Assembly (NCBI GenBank): GCA_002269645.1
Contig: NIVC01000852.1
Span: 82,600-146,599, forward strand
DNA: 64,000 nt
Reading direction: 5' to 3'
DNA from: Macrostomum lignano
Taxonomy: Eukaryota
Shown: in pieces, positions 46,563 to 59,800 of the stretch
How positions within the stretch are numbered: position 1 is the stretch's first letter
How the letters are laid out: each line of letters opens with the position of its first letter
Notes under the pieces: generated by a model
Told to the model about the DNA's origin: nothing
Database searches by the model: none
The model's input: the letters and a program-made list of their open reading frames with translations, nothing else
Made by a program: the position numbers and the translations under genes

Positions 46563-47004
46563 ATGTTGACAATGATTGTCTTTGTCTCTGGTCTATTATT
46601 GATTATAGTTGACTGGCCCGTTCTCAAGGTTCTGTGAGGATTTTTTTGGTTGGTCATTCGGCCGTCTTCTCCGAACGATTTAAAATAACCATGGAATTTA
46701 AAACCAATCTAAAGCAACTATGAAAGCAATTAACACAATGAACTGAAAATATCCCTGAATTGCCTAATGGTCTAATGGCATGAACCTAATGGCATGGTTC
46801 ATGGTTTTTTTTACAATATTTAACACGGTTGAGCAAGCAGCTCCTCACCAAATCAAGGGTAATGTGTCTCTATTAGTTTGAGGCCTGACAAGGATACTAA
46901 AATGAAAATGACTGAGAAACCCGTTGCTGCTGAACTTTGGCGAAGAGAAACGAATTGAAATCTGAGAGTCTGCGAGCGGAGCTAGCAGCGATCTCTCATC
47001 AGCT

Positions 47005-48369
47005 TCAATGGTTGCTAGGCAGTCTCCGAGGCTGTACCGACTGTTGCTGAAGTTGTTCAGCCGAGGGCTGCCATCCCGGGAGCGACTGACGCAGCTGCGG
47101 CTGCCCCCGCCGACGTCGCCAGGTGGAAAATCCTCTGGCCGGATCGGCCGAGTGGTCGCTGATGGACGACCGGCCGCTGCTGGAGATGAAGGAGGCCCCC
47201 AGCCGAGACGAGTCCAGCGTCCCGGTGCTCGCGCCTCCGCCACCGACGCTCCCGTCGTCGTCATCGTAGCTGTCATAGTCTGGCGGCGGATCGTCGTCCG
47301 CGTTCTCAACCATGATTTCCTTTTCGTCTGCGCCGACGTTGCCATTGACAGCGGCGAAGGCTCTGTCGACAGTATCGTCGGATTCGCGAATATCGGATCG
47401 GCGAATGTATGCGCCGGTGGGCGCTTTGGAGTCGGAGCGGAGCGGCTGCTCCGTTCGGCGCAACAGCACGTTGCCATGGCTACGGCTTATTGTGTCGTAG
47501 TCGCAAGGCGGGTGCAGCAGTGGCGCACCGCTTTTGTCCAGAAATCGCTGCCTTAATTCCTCCGCCACCCTGGAGCCAATCACCTGCGGTGGCTGCTGCG
47601 GCTGCTGTTGCGGGAGTGGCGTCGGAGGCTGCGGCGATGACGGCGGCCGCGGTGATGACGGCGGCCGCGGCGATGACGGCGGCCGCGGCGATGACGGCGG
47701 CCGCGGCGATGACGACGACTGAAGCAGCGACGAAGGCCGGCTGTTGCCGCGACTCCCGCGACCGCCGCCTCGGCTGTCCGGCTCGGGCCCCTCAGCTACA
47801 AAATAGCCGCTAGGCCTCGCCTCGCCTCGCTTGACCAGCTGCAGCTCCATCTCCTGCACAGAGTGCAGGTGCGCGGGGCTGGTCAGACAGCGGATCAGCC
47901 TGCCGGTGAACTCCGACACCGACTCCAGGTTGAAGCCGCGCCACACGTGAGTGTGAATTGAACGGTTGGACTCTTCGTTAAAGCCTGGGTAATATTAAGG
48001 AGTTAGTGACTGTTTTAGAGGCCGATTCAATGTGAGATCTGCTACAGAGCGGCTTGACCTACCGAACAGGATGAGCGAGAACACCAGGGGGTCGGTGTTG
48101 CCGTCCTCCTGCAGGGCGAATGTGATGTCCTCCACTGGCACCGAAGGATAGCGGCCGCCGGTCCTGCCGCCAGTCCTGTGATCCATCTCCCAGAGGCGCA
48201 GTTTGCGCTTGTCGAATTCCAGCACGTGTCTCTTGAGCTGGTACCGCTGGCTGCCCCGTCTGGCCAGCATATCGCGGACGATCGGCTCCACGAACTGCCT
48301 GCCGCAGAGACCGTCTGTCGGCTTCCAGCCAAGGTACTCTGCGCTGATGCTGAATGACGATGCGGCCAT
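47005..48369 (-). CDS. PTB/PH-fold domain adaptor-like protein with disordered Pro/Ser-rich tail (~428 aa); exons 48369-48063 and 47984-47005
   Basis: The N-terminus F.ISAEYLGWKP..GL.G...VEPIV and the spliced VFSLILFG|FNEESNRSIHTHVWRGFNLESVSEFTGRLIRCL fit PTB strand/helix topology. The intron is a phase-1 GT-AG. Additional upstream or downstream exons cannot be excluded. Confidence 0.68.
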
Positions 48370-49850
48370 GTTCAATTGCAAGTAATTGGGAGTTTCTTAT
48401 TGGAAATAATGCTATTATTATGTCAACAAAAGCAAATTGGTCTCAGTTGCATGTTTTCAATGCAATATACGGTTGCAAACTTTTCAGCGAGCGCAGTCAG
48501 AGTGCCAGAGCTCAAGAATGCCCTGTTTGTAATACGTTTCCTCCGTAGCTTTAGACTGTGCGCCTTTTTATCTTTACCTTACTCTGGGTAAAGCTTTGAG
48601 AGCGCTGCTCCAAGTGTGCCAGATTGTTTTGGAGAGGCAGGGGCAGAGGGGAGGTCGATGCGATTCCATTTACCCACTAGTTGGGATGGCAATGCAGAGC
48701 GCCTTTGGTCTCCAACTCGCTGAGACACTGGCCTCATCATTCTCTCTCCTCTCTCAATACGGCTGGCTCTCTGGCTCTCTGCCTCATCATTGTCTCTTTA
48801 CTCTCGGAGTTTCAATTGGACGGCAGTTGCTGTACAGCCGATGCAACCTTTGCCAGCTGTGCGAATGTAGGCGGCCGGCAAAAATGAAACGACAATTTCC
48901 TTCTCACAATTTCCTGTGGCTAATGTTGAGCATAGATGCGTGCTGGGTAGGGGGGGGGGGGACTCCGTGTGCTGTGCTTTGAGGCGGTGAAGGCCGAGGC
49001 AAACTGCTACCAGTCTAAGTGGCTTTTCTTGAACAGTGCGCCCAGATTGCTAAGCACTGCTTTCCTGTGCTTTCCAGCTCTGGCCTTGTTGCTCGGTCTC
49101 TGCATGCTTGCATTAAAAAACTGCTTTTAAATAAACAGCCTGTCATTATACTCCAACTTCGATTCGACCAAAAGTGTCTCAGTAGTCTGATGGACGCCGT
49201 GTGGCAATAAAAATGTATGAATTTCTCATGTAGTCTGCGCATAAACTTGCCATGCGAGCCATGATACCCACAATGTGTCTGCAGTCTGTGCTTGACTCGT
49301 TTTAACTCTCGTGATTCTGGTCTATCACTGGTGATTAAGAATCAACCATTGGTTCCACATCGCAGCTCATAGGAAATAGTAATTAATTGTTACAACAGAT
49401 TTTTTAGGCTTAGGTTTTAATTTCTCCAGAGCAAGTTTTGCGTTATTTGCACGTCTGCCTTCTGCCACAATACCGATGCATTCTTTTGTGCCGCGCCAAG
49501 CGTTTTGACGGCCTGAAAGTTTCAAATTGAAAAAGGCGATAAAATTGCTATCATAAAATTTAATCGTTATTTACCACGAATAGACTGAAGTTAAGCAGCT
49601 AAGTGTAATTTAATTTAAAAATAATTTTTACTAAAGAATAGTCTCATACTACTATTAAAAATTGGAAAGTAGTCTGTGAGATGAAGTTTTCCAAGGCTCC
49701 TCTGTTTAGTTGTATTCATAAACACAGGCGAGAACTATTAAAATCTAATTGAAAAACATCTCAAAAGAATTGGTAAAACTCCTGTGTAACTTGAATTGAG
49801 CATTCTGTGTAGAGTTCCGTGGCTTGATTTGTAAGCCAAGTTTGATAGTT

Positions 49851-50057
49851 GAGCCAACCAAGCTGAGAATACCAATTTGGCAGCATAGTAGATCCGGTCT
49901 TGCCCATAGACATAGACAGAAAATGGGCAAGCAGTTTGATGATTCGGCCATAGACATCAGTGCAAAGGATGCCAGTAAAGATAAGAATTCCTTTTTATGT
50001 CTATGGGCAAGACCAAACCTACCGCTGCCAAATGGGGATTCTCCAACTTGGTTGGCT
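49851..50057. mobile_element. Small foldback/MITE-like element with ~63-bp imperfect TIRs
   Basis: GAGCCAACCAAG...TTTGGCAGC...GGTCTTGCCCATAGACAT (49851-49913) pairs with ATGTCTATGGGCAAGACC...GCTGCCAAAT...CTTGGTTGGCT (~49997-50057). Confidence 0.65.
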
Positions 50058-50221
50058 TAGATTGGCTGACAAAAGCAATACTATATAGCTCGTAGTAATT
50101 CGGCAAATGTAAAAGCCTCGCCCCCGGGCATGTAAAGATTTTCTTCTTGTAGAGTACGGCTCACCTCCGTATTAACTCTGCTGCCGAGCCTCTGTCAGCC
50201 TCTCTTCTCTTCCCGCCGCTT

Positions 50222-50254
<33 letters not shown>

Positions 50255-51289
50255 TAGTCCCGCTTGTATTCCCTAGAGGGAAGCCGATTTACAAGAATGC
50301 GCTTCCCCCCCCCCCCTAGCTACAAGCCACTCTGTCGTCCATGTGTTGCTGAAGAATGCCAATCCCATAGCCCAGAACACTACCTTCGTCCAGTTTCGCT
50401 CAAGCTACATCGGTGTGCGTTGGTGCGCCCGTGTCATTAAAATTAATCCACATCGAATATTTGACAGCTGCGAGAGTCATAGAGAAGAGAATTTAGTTTT
50501 TAGTTAAATTATTTTTTGGAGACAGGAGTATGGAGAAGTACATGTAGCAGTCCTCTGGCTCCCACAGCGTGCCATCCTGAGCTGCCCAACGTCATTTCAC
50601 TAGAAGGTTCTAGAATTTTCTGTCAATTATAAATGCTCGTCTATAGTATTAGCACATTTCATATTTACAGGAAACTGTTCTCCTAATAATTTACACCATC
50701 TTGGATTTATTCGACATTACATCGGTTCATCACTACCAGTCCAAGTGTTTCAAACAGATGTCCATGGTGAACAAGAATCGGACGAGTACAAGCTCCATTC
50801 TGATTGGCTGTTGAAATGCTAGCATACGGAATTTGGTATAGATGTATATATACTCCTTTCGCTATTCCTCTCACCCAGATTAGCTATCCCGAATCACTCG
50901 CTCCCCACTTCCTGGTACATAGCTGCCTCAGGGAAAAATTCCCCTCTTGAGCTACTGCAACTGCATGGGATAAAAGAATCCCACTCTGTCACCTCAGATT
51001 TTATCCTGTCAACGGTTGTTCCGCATCCGGCTGCTGATTACAGGCCTTGGGGTGAGTAATTAGTCTTCCATGTTCTGAACATTTTGCCATCATTGTATTC
51101 ACAAAAATTCTCTCCCCAAGATTTTCACGAGTTCTTGTTGCCAAGCATTCGAATGCGGCTTCATCAATACACGAATAGCACACACTGTTGGTAATAAATC
51201 AATTTATCTGCTGGGGTTTTTTAGGCATTTTCCCCAGCAAAGCATCGGGGAAAACGCCCCCCCCCCCAAGCGGGCTGGCCCCGACAGAA

Positions 51290-51580
51290 GGATGAAGGAG
51301 AAGCCACAAGCAGTGCATTGTTTGGCAAATGGCGACACGCTGTGTTTACTAAACCCGGCTAGCATGAGGCTAAAGAAATTGCTACAGGTTTTGCCCATCT
51401 GTGACTGCGCATCTGCATTGGCCGAACCCCTGAACTAATGGACCGCAGTTGATTTTTATCTCTGAAGAATTTCTGCACTCGTTCAGCATAGCTGCGCCTT
51501 TTTGTATAGAAGTCTGACAAATTCACAGCTTCAAGCAAATTACTTGGGCCTGCGCAAGTACCTGGAGAGTTCATTTCTTA
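51290..51580 (-). mobile_element. Decayed CR1-like LINE 3' fragment
   Basis: NLSDFYTKRRSYAERVQKFF...RSHRW...LVN...HLPNNALLVASPSSF resembles the CR1 ORF2 C-terminus (L.SL..RR...D....FK; TRGH..K; VN.WN.LP..VV.A.S...F). Confidence 0.4.
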
Positions 51581-51639
51581 GAAATAATTTCGTTAATGCT
51601 TTTGCTCCGACTTTCGTTAATGCTCTATCTCCTCTATCT

Positions 51640-52230
51640 CTTATCTCTACCTCTCTTCTCCACCTCTCTCCTCCACCTCTCCTCCATCTATCTCTACCTC
51701 TCTTCTCCACACTCCCTCCTCTACCTCTCCTCCATCTATCTCTACCTCTCTTCTCCACACTCCCTCCTCTACCTCTCCTCCATCTATCTCTACCTCTCTT
51801 CTCCACACTCCCTCCTCTACCTCTCCTCCATCTATCTCTACCTCTCTTCTCCACACTCCCTCCTCTACCTCTCCTCCATCTATCTCTACCTCTCTTCTCC
51901 ACACTCCCTCCTCTACCTCTCCTCCATCTATCTCTACCTCTCTTCTCCACACTCCCTCCTCTACCTCTCCTCCATCTATCTCTACCTCTCTTCTCCACAC
52001 TCCCTCCTCTACCTCTCCTCCATCTATCTCTACCTCTCTTCTCCACACTCCCTCCTCCACCTCTCCTCCATCTATCTCTACCTCTCTTCTCCACACTCCC
52101 TCCTCCACCTCTCCTCCATCTATCTCTACCTCTCTTCTCCACCTCTCTCCTCCATCTCTCCATCTCTACCTCTCTTCTCCACACTCCCTCCTCTACCTCT
52201 CCTCCACCTCTCCGCCACCTCTCATCTACC
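51640..52230. repeat. 48-bp polypyrimidine minisatellite, ~11 copies
   Basis: CATCTA recurs at 51685, 51733, ...; gives a 16-aa period in the ORFs. Confidence 0.95.
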
Positions 52231-52803
52231 TCTCTCCTCTTCTCTTCCCAAATCTCTGCTCCGACTCCTCTACTTCATTCTTTCACACCCAGCTCGGCTA
52301 CTCCTGCCCTCTGTCGCCATCTATCCATCCATCTTAGGAGCGCACAGCTTCCATCAATTGCAGAAACTGCACTTCAGTACACAATAACTGAGAGCGCAGT
52401 CGCACACGCAAAACAACAATTCTTTTTGGACAGACAGAAAATAATTATGCTGCTATAATATCATTTCAGAATTTTAGTAGTGGGCATTGGATCATGCATA
52501 TATTCACACATCTATTCCAATTCCCCACTCCCACCCCATCGCCATTTCCTCCTTTGCTGCCCTAGGATTTTTCTAGCAGAAATTAACTGCCCATATTCGG
52601 TGCACATATGAAAGAGTCAACCACCGGCTGTTCTCGTACTCCTTCGACTGAGCACTTTGCCGAGTCAATCTCTTTTTCACTCGAGAGAAAATGGGAGAGA
52701 TCAGATCAGGGACCACTAGAATTTATAGTTGTATCGGCACGTAACAGCACGTTTGACAGCCTACAGTACATATATGCATACTATATATATAATATCTTAG
52801 TAG

Positions 52804-53012
52804 AGGTTGTAGCCTAGTGGTCAGAGCGTCGGACTCACGACTTGATGGTCGGGGGTTCGATTCTCGACCAACTCGGAACAATTTAAGTCCTTGAGCAAGA
52901 CACTCAACTCTGCAATGCTTCAGTTCACCCAGCTGTAAAATGGGTGCCAGCATTAGCTGGGGTAATTGAGGCTGTGTGTGGCGACCCCCCAGTCCTTGGA
53001 CTGAACAGCCGT
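52804..53012 (+). mobile_element. tRNA/CORE-type SINE (family A), 3'-truncated
   Basis: A and B boxes and CORE-like block; stops at GAACAGCCG. Confidence 0.88.
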
Positions 53013-53843
53013 TGGGTTGCATTTAAGCCAATAAACGATGAAGCCATCCATCCCAGCTTCATGTGATTGTCGTAAGAGCTAAGTTTTGATACAACGGTAA
53101 CTTTTAGTAGTGGTCCTTGGGGATATAAGAGAGAGTGAGACAGATTTTGGGATAAAAAAAGACGTGAAAAAACTTACACAAGGGTAGGACATCCCGTCTT
53201 ACGATTTCCCATTGCTTTGCCCACAATAAGCTACTCAATATTGGTGAGCCCTGCCGCAACAGAAAAAGCAGTGCTGCTTTGTTAAAAGCAAAAAGCGCTC
53301 ACGAAGAGTCGCATTGCTAATGTCATCCAGAAAAAATGTTGCAATTTAATTAAGCCAACCGCCCGACGCTCTCAACCGTCGGTGACATGAGAGAGAGAGA
53401 CAGACAGAGACAGACGCTGGTAGTTCTGGGTCGAGAATTTCACTAAGCACAAGTGCACAGTGTTTACTACTAAAGTATAATTACAATTAATAAAGCAATG
53501 GTTGGGATCCTTGATTGACAGGCCAGATGGCCTGGTGGGCTCTTCAATCGGACTCGTATTCATTAGCCTCGTATTATTCAGACGCTGAGACTGCTACATT
53601 GGGGGGGGGGGTTCTAGAGAGAACTGCAGCCTCACTAAGCCCTGATGTAGGGGAACAGATGGTCTAGTTACTAAGGCGATCGTGCTCAGACAAGCTAATC
53701 AGGCTGCTCACTATTGTGAATTGCTCTACTAATCAATTAATGAATTAGAATCTAGCAGAATTCCCCAGATTCTCAGCTGAAACATTGCAAACCAAGAAAT
53801 TTCTTACTTCTAAAATTTATTTTAGACTCTTGATTGAGTAGCG

Positions 53844-56800
53844 ATGAAGCTGGCGAAGTCCTTCATCTCTGTTGGATTCATCATCGGCTGCCTGTACTGC
53901 GGCAAGGGCTCTGGCGATAGAGTGTGAGTAGCTCCCAGTGTATTTGAGACTGGCTTCATTCAGTGATTGCTTTTTTGTTCTATTGAACTCGCTCTTAACT
54001 GGATGAAGCTTGTGCTGTAATGTTTACCATGGCGGCAGTCGAGGAAGCAAGCAGTCGAACCCATTCCGCTGGCCCCAGAGCACGTACACAGATGGGTATG
54101 GAGGCACACGCTCACTCAGGGTGTACAGCGGCCATCAGGCAGGGTTCATTGCTTTTGTCCGTCAAGTTGACTATGAAGCCACTGCCACCTGATTCCACCC
54201 AACAGTTCCACAAAGGAGCTTTGTCTATGGTCCTGACCCCTTCTATTCCGATGTTTATTCCACCCAACAGTTCCACAAAGGAGCTTTGTCTATGGTCCTG
54301 ACCCCTTCTATTCCGATGTTTATTCCACCCAACAGTTCCACAAAACAGCTTTGTCTATGGTCCTGACCCCTTCTATTCCGATGTTTATTCCACCCAACAG
54401 TTCCACAAAGGAGCTTTGTCTATGGTCCTGACCCCTTCTATTCCGATGTTTATTCCACCCAACAGTTCCACAAAGGAGCTTTGCCTATGGTCCTGACCCC
54501 TTCTATTCCGATGTTTATTCCACCCAACAGCTCCACAAAACAGCTTTGTCTATGGTCCTGACCCCTTCTATTCCGATGTTTATTCCACCCAACAGTTCCA
54601 CAAAACAGCTTTGTCTATGGTCCTGACCCCTTCTATTCCGATGTTTATTCCACCCAACAGTTCCACAAAGGAGCTTTGTCTATGGTCCCGACCCCTTCTA
54701 TTCCGATGTTTATTCCACCCAACAGTTCCACAAGGCATAATCCATCTAGTCGAAAATGTATAAGATAATTTATAAAAGACAACGGATATCATGCAAACGA
54801 AAAAAATTGGAATTTTTAACGCTTTCAGAATAAGCAAAATGCATTGACGCTTCTCTATTTTTCATTTATTTCTCACTGGAAACAATATTCGCAGTCTGCC
54901 ATTTCTTGAGCACAACCACACCGACCATTTGGCTGCTGCTCGGAAGCAGTCGCTGAGAATGTAAGTTCGTCAAGATGATCGGCGCGATTGTTTAGCGTTT
55001 CATTGATTTGTTAGAGTTACGGTTGTATCAGGATGCAATACTGGCGCTCTACATTATGGACAAATCATTTGAAAGGCCAGATTTTCGCTTAGAAGTTGAT
55101 TTTCCAGTGTCAAAAACTTCTATGGTAAAACCCTATTTGATGACATACATTCTGCAAGAGCGCGAATATTTAAATCCTGTTCTCATACAACGGTAATTTC
55201 TAATGAGGATCCATGATTTTACGAACTCGTTTTTAACTCGCTACTAACTACTGCAAGTAGGCGATGTGGTCATCGATAGATGACTAGAACCAAAGAAAGC
55301 TTATTGTTCGAACCATAATATCAGTAGATTGTTTTGATTTATAAAAGTCGTACAAAACGAACCATTTTTTGTTTTGACTAATACATTACTGACGTCAGTA
55401 CTTTATTCTCTTGCTAATAGCCTGCCATTAGTAGCTAGAATAAGAAGTGGTAGCAAAGCGCATCTGCTTACGATATATGTAGCATAAAGCATGAAAGTAG
55501 CTGTTATTTTTGTTGCTTGGCTTAGTAACAGCTCGATTTGAGAATGCTTTGTATCATATGTTTATTTTTAATCTGCGGAGTAGCGCTAAGGCTGAGTGGC
55601 ATTGGTCACTCGCAGTCAGATATCGGGGGGGGGGAAGAAGCAAGGGTGGAGATAAGGCTGAGCGGCATTGGTCACTCGCAGTCAGATATCGGGGGGGGGA
55701 GAGAAGGGAGATAAGGCTGAGCGGCATTGGTCACTCGCAGTCAGATATCGGGGGGGGGAGAGAAGGGAGATAAGGCTGAGCGGCATTGGTCACTCGCAGT
55801 CAGATATCGGGGGGGGGAGAGAAGGGAGATAAGGCTGAGCGGCATTGGTCACTCGCAGTCAGATATCGGGGGGGGGGAAGAAGCAAGAGTGGAGATAAGG
55901 CTGAGCGGCATTGGTCACTCGCAGTCAGATATCGGGGGGGGGGAGAGAAGCAAGGGTGGATATAAGGCTGAGCGGCATTGGTCACTCGCAGTCAGATATC
56001 GGGGGGGGGGTGGAAGAAGCAAGGGTGGAGATAAGGCTGAGCGGCATTGGTCACTCGCAGTCAGATATCGGGGGGGGGGAGAGAAGCAAGGGTGGAGATA
56101 AGGCTGAGCGGCATTGGTCACTCGCAGTCAGATATCGGGGGGGAGGGGAAGAAGCAAGGGTGGAGATAAGGCTGAGCGGCATTGGTCACTCGCAGTCAGA
56201 TATCGGGGGGGGTGGAAGAAGCAAGGGTGGAGATAAGGCTGAGCGGCATTGGTCACTCGCAGTCAGATATCGGGGGGGGGGAGAGAAGCAAGGGTGGAGA
56301 TAAGGCTGAGCGGCATTGGTCACTCGCAGTCAGATATCGGGGGGGAGGGGAAGAAGCAAGGGTGGAGATAAGGCTGAGCGGCATTGATCACTCGCAGTCA
56401 GATATCGGGGGGGGGAGAGAAGCAAGGGTGGAGATAAGGCTGAGCGGCATTGGTCACTCGCAGTCAGATATCGGGGGGGGGGTGGAAGAAGCAAGGGTGG
56501 AGATAAGGCTGAGCGGCATTGGTCACTCGCAGTCAGATATCGGGGGGGGGAGAGAAGCAAGGGTGGATATAAGGCTGAGCGGCATTGATCACTCGCAGTC
56601 AGATATCGGGGGGAGGGGAAGAAGCAAGGGTGGAGATAAGGCTGAGCGGCATTGGTCACTCGCAGTCAGATATCGGGGGGAGGGGAAGAAGCAAGGGTGG
56701 AGATAAGGCTGAGCGGCATTGGTCACTCGCAGTCAGATATCGGGGGGGGGGAGAGAAGCAAGGGTGGAGATAAGGCTGAGCGGCATTGGTCACTCGCAGT

Positions 56801-59800
56801 CAGATATCGGGGGGAGGGGAAGAAGCAAGGGTGGAGATAAGGCTGAGCGGCATTGATCACTCGCAGTCAGATATCGGGGGGGAGAGAAGCAAGGGTGGAG
56901 ATAAGGCTGAGCGGCATTGGTCACTCGCAGTCAGATATCGGGGGGGGGTGGAAGAAGCAAGGGTGGAGATAAGGCTGAGCGGCATTGGTCACTCGCAGTC
57001 AGATATCGGGGGGGGGAGAGAAGCAAGGGTGGATATAAGGCTGAGCGGCATTGATCACTCGCAGTCAGATATCGGGGGGAGGGGAAGAAGCAAGGGTGGA
57101 GATAAGGCTGAGCGGCATTGGTCACTCGCAGTCAGATATCGGGGGGAGGGGAAGAAGCAAGGGTGGAGATAAGGCTGAGCGGCATTGGTCACTCGCAGTC
57201 AGATATCGGGGGGGGGGAGAGAAGGGAGATAAGGCTGAGCGGCATTGGTCACTCGCAGTCAGATATCGGGGGGGGGAGAGAAGGGAGATAAGGCTGAGCG
57301 GCATTGATCACCCGCAGTCAGATATCGGGGGGGGGGTGGAAGAAGCAAGGGTGGATATAAGGCTGAGCGGTATTGGTCACTCGCAGTCAGATATCGGGGG
57401 GGGAGAAGCGAGGGTGGATATAAGGCTGAGCGGCATTGGTCACTCGCAGTCAGATATCGGGGGGGGGGGAGAGAAGCAAGGGTGGAGATAAGGCTGAGCG
57501 GCATTGGTCACTCGCAGTCAGATATCGGGGGGGGGAGAGAAGCAAGGGTGGAGATAAGGCTGAGCGGCATTGGTCACTCGCTGTCAGATGTCGGAGGGGA
57601 AGAGAAGCACGAATAGAGCTAAGCCTCACATCCTACTAGTGGGAAAATAATTTTGCCATCAAACTTGCAGAAGTATCGTGACTCCACGTGTTAATCTCCT
57701 GATTTCAGGAAGAACATCATCGATCGTTTGCTAATAAATTACACAAGGCAAAACAGTCCTCACGGAGGTGGGTCAAAATAACCATCTTTGAATTATGAAA
57801 ACGCATAAATGATTGCCCACGCAAACACTGGACATTCTGTATTCACTCTGCAGACAAGCCAACAACAGTACACTTGGGGATTTACATCAACAGCTTTTAT
57901 TCAATAAGCGAACAAACCATGGTAATGTACTTGTTGTCTTGCTATATTAAACTAACCAGCTCCAAAAACGCTACCTCATCTTGCTGAACAAAATCTTTCA
58001 GGACTACTCCGTGAACATCTACCTCAGACAGCAGTGGTACGATCCGAGACTCAGGTTCAATAGAAGCGAAGGTCTGGACACCAAGGACTGCGTCAAACTG
58101 GAGGACAAGATCTGGGAGAAACTATGGGTCCCGGATGTCTTCTTTCGGTATTCTAGAAACTTCTGAGTTTCCCCGAAATCCAAACTGAGTTGAAGTTGAA
58201 GGCGCTTTTGCACGCTTATTTACAGAAACGAGAAAAAGGCTGACTTTCACCACGTCACCATCCCGAATCGCTTCATCAACCTTTATCCCGATGGGAAGCT
58301 GTGGTACGTCATGAAGTAAGTTGGCGACTGAGCAATGTGGTGTCCACCATTGTACACTATCGGAGCTGTTTGTACTCATCCAAGTGCTAATGACCTCATC
58401 CAATCACCAGATAGTGAAAATCACTCCAACCCACCTCACTCACACCCACCTCACTCACACCCACCTCACTCACACCCACCTCACTCACACCCACCTCACT
58501 CACACCCACCTCACTCACACCCACCTCACTCACACCCACCTCACTCACACCCACCTCACTCACACCCACCTCACTCACACCCACCTCACTCACACCCACC
58601 TCACTCACACCCACCTCACTCACACCCACCTCACTCACACCCACCTCACTCACACCCACCTCACTCACACCCACCTCACTCACACCCACCTCACTCACAC
58701 CCACCTCACTCACACCCACCTCACTCACACCCACCTCACTCACACCCACCTCACTCACACCCACCTCACCCACACCCACCTCACTCACACCCACCTCACT
58801 CACACCCACCTCACTCACACCCACCTCACTCACACCCACCTCACTCTCACCCAACTCACTCTCAACCACCTCACTTACACCCACCTCACTCTTACCCACC
58901 TCACTCTCACCCACCTCATTCCGCACCTATTTCACTCACACCCACCCCATCCACACCTACATGTACTTCACTCACACCCACCTCACTCCGGATCCCCCTC
59001 CTCACTTCCGCGTATCCTAGTCGGCCTCTATTTATGGCTAAATTATCTAGTGAATAAATGACTCCAATTTATAAACTGCCGGTCCAAATTAGCATTCAAA
59101 TTCAATTAAATTTTCACTCTCTCCTAACCTCCACCGGACAGGATCTCCGCTACTCTATCCTGCATGATGCAGCTACAGAAATACCCGCTGGACACTCAAA
59201 TATGTCCAATGATGCTGGAGAGTTGTGAGCTGATATTCACTGAACTGCATGTATAGTTGCATTTTTTATTGCATAAGGCTTTCTAACGCGCTGTCACCTT
59301 TCAATATTTATCCTCCAGTCGGCCACACAATGCACACAGTGGTATTCAAGTGGCTGCCAAACAAATCGGTCGAGGCCACTGATGATCTGAGCATGCCCCA
59401 GTTTATTCTGAAAGGCTATCCGACTAAAGAATGCTCAAAGAACTATACTACGGGAAGTTATCCCTGTCTGCAGGTGGATTTCATTCTGCAGAGAGATATT
59501 GGATACTTTATCATTCAGGTAAAAAATTTTACATAGCGCTCTAGTAATAATGCGTTCAATAATAATGAGTCACCGTCTCTTGCCGCCAGGTGTACATTCC
59601 CACGGTTCTGATCGTCATTCTCAGCTGGGTGGCTTTCTGGATTAACACAGAAGCCATTCCGGCAAGAGTCAGTTTGGGTCTTCTGACAGGTATGGTCTGG
59701 TTACATTGCTAGTGGCTCAGTAATACTTAATCATTCTCTACAGCTACTCGCAATTAGAAGCACCTCAATTACCACCAAACTCACTGCCTACTTAACTCCG

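Noticed and set aside
55008-55196. ORF with weak similarity to a LINE C-terminus (LELR...D....Y.)
   Set aside because: A single weak motif, insufficient to call.
55590-57600. CRISPR-like repeat-spacer appearance
   Set aside because: Linkers are variants of one purine-rich sequence rather than unique spacers; eukaryotic intron; no cas genes.
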